Assembly (NCBI GenBank): GCA_001552015.1
Contig: CP010514.1
Span: 570,001 to 602,000, forward strand
Origin: Candidatus Nanopusillus acidilobi
Lineage (GTDB): Archaea > Nanobdellota > Nanobdellia > Nanobdellales > Nanobdellaceae
Direction of reading: 5' to 3'
DNA length: 32,000 nucleotides
The first letter of the stretch is position 1. The number at the start of each line of letters is the position of its first letter. Under the pieces are notes generated by a model. It searched no databases. It was not told the origin of the DNA and saw nothing but the letters and a program-made list of their open reading frames with translations. A program made the position numbers and the translations under genes. Below are positions 26,332 to 32,000 of this stretch, in pieces.

Positions 26332-27942
26332 ATGAGATTACAATCTGAAATGATTATAGCATTAATATTGTTAATAGTAGGAGCTCTTGCTACTGTAATA
26401 ATATACAATATAATATCTCCAAATTTAAATATAATAAATCCTTCTGGACAGGAAATTTCAAGATCTTTAGAATTAAATTTCCAATTATTAGATTATTTTA
26501 TAGTAAATAATACATTATATGCATATGTAAAACCCTCAGAACCAGTTAATTATTCTCAAGTATTTGCAATTTTAAATGATAGATTAGTTAATGTTTATCC
26601 TTATAATTCAAATGGATCAATTGTAAATCCATATAATAATGGTTTATTAATTGTTGTTGCAAATTTATCTCAAATTCCTCCAGATCAAAATGGAAATTAT
26701 AAATTAGAAGTTGGATTAGAAAATGATATAATTGGAGTATTTGATATAAAATATATTTCTAATTCATTAATTAATTATTTTCAACCTCCAATTGTTTTTA
26801 ATATATCGGTCATATCAACCTCCCTTACATGTCAATTACCATATTTACCTTTAATATTATACAATAGTCAATCTATTCCAACTCCTTCTCCTTTTCAACA
26901 GGATATTGCAATATGTAATGGAACAATTAATATTGGTAATAGTTTTGCATATGTAAATAATGCAACATTATTTAATGAAATAAATAGAAATGGATCTAAT
27001 GTATACTTTACAACAACCTGTAATAGTACCCCAAATATATATTCATGGTATGAAGGTCAATTAATTAATGGAAGTACATATTGTGATGTTTGGTGGATAA
27101 ATTTATCTAATGGAATTCCTGCTAATTCAAATATTACAATATATATGTATATAGGAAATAGTAGTGATAATTATTATTCCCAATATTATCCATATGTTGG
27201 TACTTCTCCTCAAGTAATTTCAGGATATGATAATGGTCAAGATGTATTTATAGCATATGGATATTTTAACAATACATTTGATGGATGGAGTAGATATGTT
27301 TATTCAGGATCATTTTCTCCAACAGCAACTTCAAATGGTATTGAAATGATAAATAATAATGGTGGTGAAGGTACATATATTTTACCTCCAAATAATGAAA
27401 ATATTCCAGAAATACCTTTAATTGTTGAAGAAGCCTGGTATCATACTCAAAGTGCAGATGCAAATACTATATCCTTATTTGGAAATACAAATAGTCAGGT
27501 AGATGTAACTAATATAGGAGGTACAGACGGTGGTTCCACACCAGCATCTAGTTCATCTACATTTGTACAATTTGAATATTATGGTGGACAACCATATGTT
27601 ATGTTAAAATCTGCAGTAACAGATCAATATTTAAGTTATACATCTTTCCCAACATCTGGTGGAACTGTTTATTCATATTTAATAGTTAATTCTACATATG
27701 CACAAACAGGATATTATATTTATAATTCTAATCAAGTATGGGCTCCTTTAACATTATTAGATACATATAATATAAATTATAATGGATATACATATTATAA
27801 TTTAAATTATAATCCTTTCCAATATGGTACATTAGAAATTGGTGCAGGAACTGGTGGAGCTGCTTCATACCAATATGAAGAATGGGTTGTTGCTAGAGCA
27901 TATCCTCCAAATGGTGTAATGCCTTCAATTTATATTGGTTAA
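26332..27942 (+). CDS. Large surface protein: FlaF/FlaG-like N-terminal anchor and domain fused to a DUF2341/LamG-like (concanavalin-fold) module; putative adhesin
   Basis: 536 aa. N-terminus is MRLQSEMIIALILLIVGALATVI. The middle region (...SWYEGQLINGSTYCDVWWINLSNGIPANSNITIYMYIGNSS) matches the DUF2341 signature (..vWVkvp.ipa...tiymYYGN). The tail EWVVARAYPPNGVMPSIYIG is also typical. Many N-x-S/T sequons. Confidence 0.7.
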   Translation: MRLQSEMIIALILLIVGALATVIIYNIISPNLNIINPSGQEISRSLELNFQLLDYFIVNNTLYAYVKPSEPVNYSQVFAILNDRLVNVYPYNSNGSIVNPYNNGLLIVVANLSQIPPDQNGNYKLEVGLENDIIGVFDIKYISNSLINYFQPPIVFNISVISTSLTCQLPYLPLILYNSQSIPTPSPFQQDIAICNGTINIGNSFAYVNNATLFNEINRNGSNVYFTTTCNSTPNIYSWYEGQLINGSTYCDVWWINLSNGIPANSNITIYMYIGNSSDNYYSQYYPYVGTSPQVISGYDNGQDVFIAYGYFNNTFDGWSRYVYSGSFSPTATSNGIEMINNNGGEGTYILPPNNENIPEIPLIVEEAWYHTQSADANTISLFGNTNSQVDVTNIGGTDGGSTPASSSSTFVQFEYYGGQPYVMLKSAVTDQYLSYTSFPTSGGTVYSYLIVNSTYAQTGYYIYNSNQVWAPLTLLDTYNINYNGYTYYNLNYNPFQYGTLEIGAGTGGAASYQYEEWVVARAYPPNGVMPSIYIG

Positions 27943-27968
27943 AAATATAAATGATAAATAATTTTTAT

Positions 27969-28041
27969 GGTCCGGGTAGCCTAGTGGTAAGGCGTCGGGC
28001 TGTGGACCCGAAGATCGCGGGTTCGAATCCCGCCCCGGACC
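27969..28041 (+). tRNA. tRNA-His (anticodon GUG) with genomically encoded G-1
   Basis: G(-1)-GTCCGGG-TA-GCCT..AGGC-G-TCGGG-CT[GTG]GA-CCCGA-AGATC-GCGGG-TTCGAAT-CCCGC-CCCGGAC-C. G-1 can pair with discriminator C73. No CCA. It abuts the stop codon of the NurA-like gene. Confidence 0.9.
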
Positions 28042-28974
28042 CTAATGAGTTTCCCAGCCAACAGTTTTTTCAAATCCTAAAATTTTCTTAATATAACTTT
28101 CTAACAATAATTTTTCTTTATTTGTTATTTTACATAAATTATGGGCCATTTTTAATCCTCTTGGATAAGATTTCTGATCATAAATAACTTCTTTTATTAT
28201 TTCTTTAAATTTTTCTTTTCCAATTTTTTCCATTCCTTCTAATCTATATATATGATCATTATATCTTGCCCTAAAGTATATTAAATATAAATTTTTGTTA
28301 CAAAATGGACAATTTGGAATTTTTGAACCTAAAAATTCTTTTATTTGTTTTTCTTTAATATCTGTATAAAATATTTCTGATGGAAAAATTCTCATCAATG
28401 TTAGTAAATCTGATCTACCTGTTTTTATTATATCTAAATTTAATATTCTCTTTGCAACTGCCAATAAATTTCCATTATTTATTAAATATTCAAAGTTTTC
28501 TAAAAATTCTTTTCTTCTATTTTCAACATTCTCATCATAAAAATTATACAGAAATTTTGAATATAATATGGAATCTGATATTATTGATCCATCTATAAAT
28601 ATATATCTATCAGAATATTTTCTTGCCAATCTATATTCTAAATTTTTTGATAATAATTCTGAAATATCTTGAATGTCGAAATTTTCATTATTCATCGATC
28701 TTATAAAAGATGTTTCGAAAAATTCTATATCTTCTATACTTTCATATATATCATCAGAAACAATTACTGCTCTTGAATATACATAACTATAAGGTCCGAC
28801 AATACCATTTACAAGAGAAGAGTCTATAAATCCATATTTTTTCTTTTCTTTTATCTCAATATTATCCAAATCTAATTTTTCAATATTAATTTTTTCTTCC
28901 TTATTATTTTCTTCATCTTTTTTTATTTGATTGATTTTTTGATTTATCTTTTCTAATAAATTTTTTGTTAACAT
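28042..28974 (-). CDS. nurA: NurA-like 5'-3' nuclease (tentative)
   Basis: YGFIDSS and RYIFIDGSIISD resemble the two NurA DGS-type catalytic motifs. The C-terminal SYPRGLKMAHNLCKI resembles the NurA gYPy.L..AH..a.i motif. No herA, mre11 or rad50 lies nearby. Confidence 0.5.
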   Translation of the reverse strand: MLTKNLLEKINQKINQIKKDEENNKEEKINIEKLDLDNIEIKEKKKYGFIDSSLVNGIVGPYSYVYSRAVIVSDDIYESIEDIEFFETSFIRSMNNENFDIQDISELLSKNLEYRLARKYSDRYIFIDGSIISDSILYSKFLYNFYDENVENRRKEFLENFEYLINNGNLLAVAKRILNLDIIKTGRSDLLTLMRIFPSEIFYTDIKEKQIKEFLGSKIPNCPFCNKNLYLIYFRARYNDHIYRLEGMEKIGKEKFKEIIKEVIYDQKSYPRGLKMAHNLCKITNKEKLLLESYIKKILGFEKTVGWETH

Positions 28975-28983
28975 AAAAATATT

Positions 28984-28991
28984 TTTATATT
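28984..28991 (+). promoter_or_regulatory. TATA-box-like element (TTTATATT) 20-27 nt upstream of the 29011 hairpin RNA/tRNA-Ser unit
   Basis: Archaeal TATA-like sequence at appropriate spacing. The region is AT-rich, so specificity is limited. Confidence 0.3.
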
Positions 28992-29010
28992 AAATTATAT
29001 TAAATATGTA

Positions 29011-29070
29011 TCCCCCGCTTAGACGAACCAATATGAAAAGATGAGTATTGGTAACGATGGGCGGGGGACA
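29011..29070 (+). ncRNA. Candidate single-hairpin H/ACA-type guide sRNA (tentative)
   Basis: 8-9 bp GC lower stem (TCCCCCGC/GCGGGGGA). A symmetric ~8+8 nt internal loop forms the pocket (TAGACGAA / TAACGATG). The 6-bp upper stem (CCAATA/TATTGG) is capped by the purine-rich loop TGAAAAGATGAG, whose GA steps could form a K-loop. ACA lies at 29068-29070, at the foot of the stem, 5 nt upstream of tRNA-Ser. Confidence 0.4.
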
Positions 29071-29075
29071 TTTAT

Positions 29076-29159
29076 GCCGCGGTGCCCGAGCGGACCAAGG
29101 GGTATGGCTGGAGACCATATCCCCGAAAGGGGACGTGGGTTCAAATCCCACCCGCGGCG
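29076..29159 (+). tRNA. tRNA-Ser (anticodon GGA), class II
   Basis: GCCGCGG-TG-CCC..GGG-G-TATGG-CT[GGA]GA-CCATA-long variable arm (TCCCCGAAAGGGGAC)-GTGGG-TTCAAAT-CCCAC-CCGCGGC-G. No encoded CCA. Confidence 0.9.
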
Positions 29160-29295
29160 GATTTTGCTTAAACTATTTTCATCTGTAAGTAAATTATTAA
29201 TTACGTAAATCTTTAGTTAAAACCATACACTATAGGCAATCTATCTTAAAGGTGATAAAGTAAAATTTATAAATGTTTACTATTATTATTATTAT

Positions 29296-30102
29296 ATGGT
29301 CATGACAACAATAAAAGATACATTTCAAAAGGCTACGAATCCATTTCGTAAAGCAATAGATGATAGATGGCAGTATCTTTCAGATGACGATAGAAGAGAA
29401 ATAGCAAGATATCTAGCAGATAAGAAAGATATAATAGAACGTTACTTTTATACTATCAATAAGAATAATAGTGATAAAGTACTAGATTCTATTGAACAAT
29501 TTGCACGTCTTAAAGGATCTTCTATAGATCTACCTACTATATCTCAGTATTTTGATATGCTAGAAAACCTTGATAAAATAATAGAAGAAATAGATAAAGG
29601 TTTCTTCAATTCTTTACCCAAATATAATAATGTAGTAAAACCAAACAACTATTATATGGAAATCGCATTTGACATAGATGGAAATCCAAAAGATCAAAAA
29701 GGAACTTTAGTTGATATATTAAAAAAGCTAATAGGAAACGTCGGAGCTAGAGGTTATCCTATATCTTATTATAACGGAACTGACAACTTTCCAATACAAT
29801 ATTATATGGAATTCTATCCAGATCGAACTCACATAAGAATTTTCATTCATACATCCTATATACCCCCAGCTATAGTAGGTTATTTACTTTATGAGCTAAA
29901 CAATATTAAAGGAAAAGAATCAATAATACCTCCAAGCGGACAACAATATCATATTATTAATAATGTAGCAGGAATTATTAATAATCGCATAGGAATAGAC
30001 ATAGATCAACGTATAGCTTCTTATGCCGGCCAAGCTCTTTGGCAATATAGTTTCTTATATAGATTTTTTAGGGTAGAAGAAATTCCGTATTGGATTACTT
30101 AA
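29296..30102 (+). CDS. Hypothetical protein with atypical codon usage (possibly horizontally acquired)
   Basis: 268-aa ORF with no recognised motifs. 6 of its 14 Arg codons are CGN (cgt x4, cga, cgc) and CTN Leu codons are frequent. Neighbouring genes use almost only AGA/AGG and TTA. A TATA-like AAATTTATAAA lies ~25 nt upstream. Confidence 0.65.
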   Translation: MVMTTIKDTFQKATNPFRKAIDDRWQYLSDDDRREIARYLADKKDIIERYFYTINKNNSDKVLDSIEQFARLKGSSIDLPTISQYFDMLENLDKIIEEIDKGFFNSLPKYNNVVKPNNYYMEIAFDIDGNPKDQKGTLVDILKKLIGNVGARGYPISYYNGTDNFPIQYYMEFYPDRTHIRIFIHTSYIPPAIVGYLLYELNNIKGKESIIPPSGQQYHIINNVAGIINNRIGIDIDQRIASYAGQALWQYSFLYRFFRVEEIPYWIT

Positions 30103-30283
30103 AATATCATAAAGAATTTTAGAAATCAGAAACAACTTTTTCAGTATTTCAGATAAAAATTTTTTAATTTCTTAAAATATTGTCAGAACTTATATCTTCT
30201 TCTTTAATTAAATCTAAATTGTTTTATTAAATACTTTGCTATAATTTTTATTTTTTAATAATTTTATAGATTATATATATTTT

Positions 30284-32000
30284 ATGACAGATCATTTTAA
30301 AGCAATATTTAAAACAGATCTTAATAGAAATCTCAATTTTACTGAAGAAACTATTGAAATTTTAGATAATAAAATTTCCATATATGATGATAATAAAAAC
30401 AAAATATTAGAAATCGATAATGTAGAAGAACTAAATATAGAATATGGAATAAGTATATGTAAATTAATTGCAATAGACAAAGATGGAAAAATATTTGAAG
30501 TTGCATATTTTACAAAGAAAAAAGCGGATAATATACAAAAAATTGTAGATGAATTTAATTTAAAAGTAAAAACGGAAATAATTGAAAAAGAAGAAAAGAA
30601 AAGATCTAAAAAAGAAATATATGGATTTTTAATACAAATTATTAAAAAATATAAGAAAGAACTTATCTTAATTACTATTATCTTTATTATAGGTACTATA
30701 ATAAGTCTAATTCCTCCTTATTTAACAGCTTTATTAATAAACGAGGTTCTTATATCAAAAATACCATCACTGGAAGTATTTCTTACAATAATTTTCTTAA
30801 TGCTAATATCTTCTATTATTTCTAGATTTTCATATTTAATAGGTAATTCTTTATTAAATATTACACAGACAAAAATCAGAAAGGGAATAAGAGAGTTATT
30901 ATTAGAACATATAATTTTTAATGATGTTTCTTTTATAGAAAAATACTCTCCTTCTACATTAATAGCAAGATATCAAACGGATATAGAGGAAATAGATGGT
31001 TTTATTGCATTTGATCTGCCTTTTATAATTATAGATACTTTAATGCTTGTTGGGACCCTTATTATACTTTTTTTATTATTACCATTTTTAGCAATACCTA
31101 TAATAATTGCAGCATTTGTTATTTTTGTTCTTTTCATAATTTATGAAAGAAAAATTAGAAGAATTGATAAAAAAGCAAGAATAAAGTCTGTAGATGCCGA
31201 AACTCAAGTAAATAATGTTCTAAGGAACTTTTATAGCATTAAGTTATTCTCAAAAGAAAAAGAAGAATATGAAAAAACAAAAAATATAATAAACTCTTGG
31301 TATTCGACAGATACTCAGGTAGGAAAACTTATTACAATAAGAGGTGAACTATTATTTTTAATAATAGATTTGATTACTGTTTTTATATGGTATATGGGTG
31401 GAATTTTTGTAATTAATAATCTAATTAAATTGGGTATATTGGTTGCTTTTGTAACTTATATTTTATATATTTATAGCCCACTCCAGACATATGAAAGGTT
31501 TTTTGGGGATATTCCAAAAGCTTTAGTTTCTGCTGAAAGAATATTAGAATTATTAGAAGATAAGCCAAAAATATTAAATAAAGAAAATGCTTTAAAACCA
31601 AATATGATTGATGAAATAAAATTTGTTAATGTTACTTTTGGATATGAACCAGGTTTTCCTGTATTAAAAAATATTTCTTTTACAATAAAACCTAAAGAAA
31701 AGGTTGCAATTGTTGGAAAAAATGGAGCTGGAAAGACAACAATTGCTAAATTATTATTAAGATTTTATGACATAAATGATGGAGAAATATTAATTGGAAA
31801 TACAAATATAAAAGATATAGATTTAAAATATCTTAGGGAAAAAATTTCATATTTATCACAAGAACCTGAAATTTTTAATAATACTATTAGATACAATATA
31901 TCTTATGGAAATCAAAATGCAAATGAAATAGAAATAATTAGAGTTTGCAAAATTGTAAATATACATGATGATATAATTAAATTACCTTTTGCATATGATA
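30284..32000 (+). CDS. ABC exporter, fused TMD-NBD half-transporter (MsbA/multidrug type) with a ~100-aa N-terminal cytosolic extension; 3' end beyond the window
   Basis: Open frame from the ATG at 30284 to the window end; it is absent from the ORF track because it has no stop. Six hydrophobic helices are followed by a Walker A motif, VGKNGAGKTT (~31720). The Q-loop region reads YLSQEPEIFNNTIRYNI. Confidence 0.85.
   Translation, partial: MTDHFKAIFKTDLNRNLNFTEETIEILDNKISIYDDNKNKILEIDNVEELNIEYGISICKLIAIDKDGKIFEVAYFTKKKADNIQKIVDEFNLKVKTEIIEKEEKKRSKKEIYGFLIQIIKKYKKELILITIIFIIGTIISLIPPYLTALLINEVLISKIPSLEVFLTIIFLMLISSIISRFSYLIGNSLLNITQTKIRKGIRELLLEHIIFNDVSFIEKYSPSTLIARYQTDIEEIDGFIAFDLPFIIIDTLMLVGTLIILFLLLPFLAIPIIIAAFVIFVLFIIYERKIRRIDKKARIKSVDAETQVNNVLRNFYSIKLFSKEKEEYEKTKNIINSWYSTDTQVGKLITIRGELLFLIIDLITVFIWYMGGIFVINNLIKLGILVAFVTYILYIYSPLQTYERFFGDIPKALVSAERILELLEDKPKILNKENALKPNMIDEIKFVNVTFGYEPGFPVLKNISFTIKPKEKVAIVGKNGAGKTTIAKLLLRFYDINDGEILIGNTNIKDIDLKYLREKISYLSQEPEIFNNTIRYNISYGNQNANEIEIIRVCKIVNIHDDIIKLPFAYD

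Noticed and set aside
29011-29070. Hairpin considered as a split-tRNA half with a GC-rich pairing leader, as a C/D sRNA, or as a transcription terminator
   Set aside because: It has no tRNA D-arm, anticodon or T-arm sequences and no C/D boxes. It is upstream of both flanking genes (nurA-like is divergent, tRNA-Ser is downstream), so it does not terminate either.
29160-30283. Direct repeat of the tRNA-Ser 3' end (attL/attR) that would prove an integrated element
   Set aside because: No copy of GGGTTCAAATCCCACCCGCGGCG, or a recognisable part of it, occurs downstream within the window. No integrase gene is present either. The foreign-origin idea therefore rests on codon usage and position only.
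30292-30480. Minus-strand 62-aa ORF
   Set aside because: It lies antisense to the 5' end of the long open ABC-transporter frame, which is missing from the track only because it has no stop in the window.
1-32000. CRISPR arrays, transposases/IS elements and long direct repeats
   Set aside because: No regularly spaced repeat array, terminal inverted repeats or transposase-like ORF was seen. The only repeated GC-rich strings are the conserved tRNA T-arms.

Overview
By eye this is a very AT-rich, tightly packed archaeal chromosome segment, roughly one quarter G+C in coding DNA. Its structural RNAs stand out as sharp GC-rich islands, which is a thermophile signature.

Contents:
- The 5' ~2.4 kb of a 23S rRNA on the minus strand. 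No 16S gene lies upstream of it.
- Five tRNAs: Glu-CUC, Leu-CAA, Ala-UGC, His-GUG and Ser-GGA. None has an encoded CCA.
- Two candidate non-coding RNAs: a 231-nt RNA that looks like a reduced RNase P RNA, and a 60-nt H/ACA-like hairpin just upstream of tRNA-Ser.
- About 40 CDS. These include ProRS, HisRS, class II ribonucleotide reductase, Hsp20, a Nog1-type GTPase, a MinD/ParA ATPase, a ChlI-like AAA+/vWA pair, a GT2 glycosyltransferase, a NurA-like nuclease and a partial ABC exporter.
- Nine ribosomal protein genes scattered in four small, non-canonical groups.

Two genes are only N-terminal fragments of normally longer enzymes: Dph2 at 90 aa and GatE at 271 aa. Together with the scrambled ribosomal operons, the unlinked rRNA and the extreme gene overlap, this points to a reduced Nanoarchaeota/DPANN-like genome. 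That lineage assignment is an inference, not a search result.

The best candidates for something new:
1. The minimal RNase P-like RNA.
2. A locus of three FlaF/FlaG-like genes. Two are broken by +1 frameshifts. The third is a 536-aa fusion to a DUF2341/LamG-like surface domain.
3. A separate three-gene cluster of small secreted or pilin-like proteins.
4. A compositionally foreign gene beside tRNA-Ser.

I found no CRISPR array, transposase or intein.
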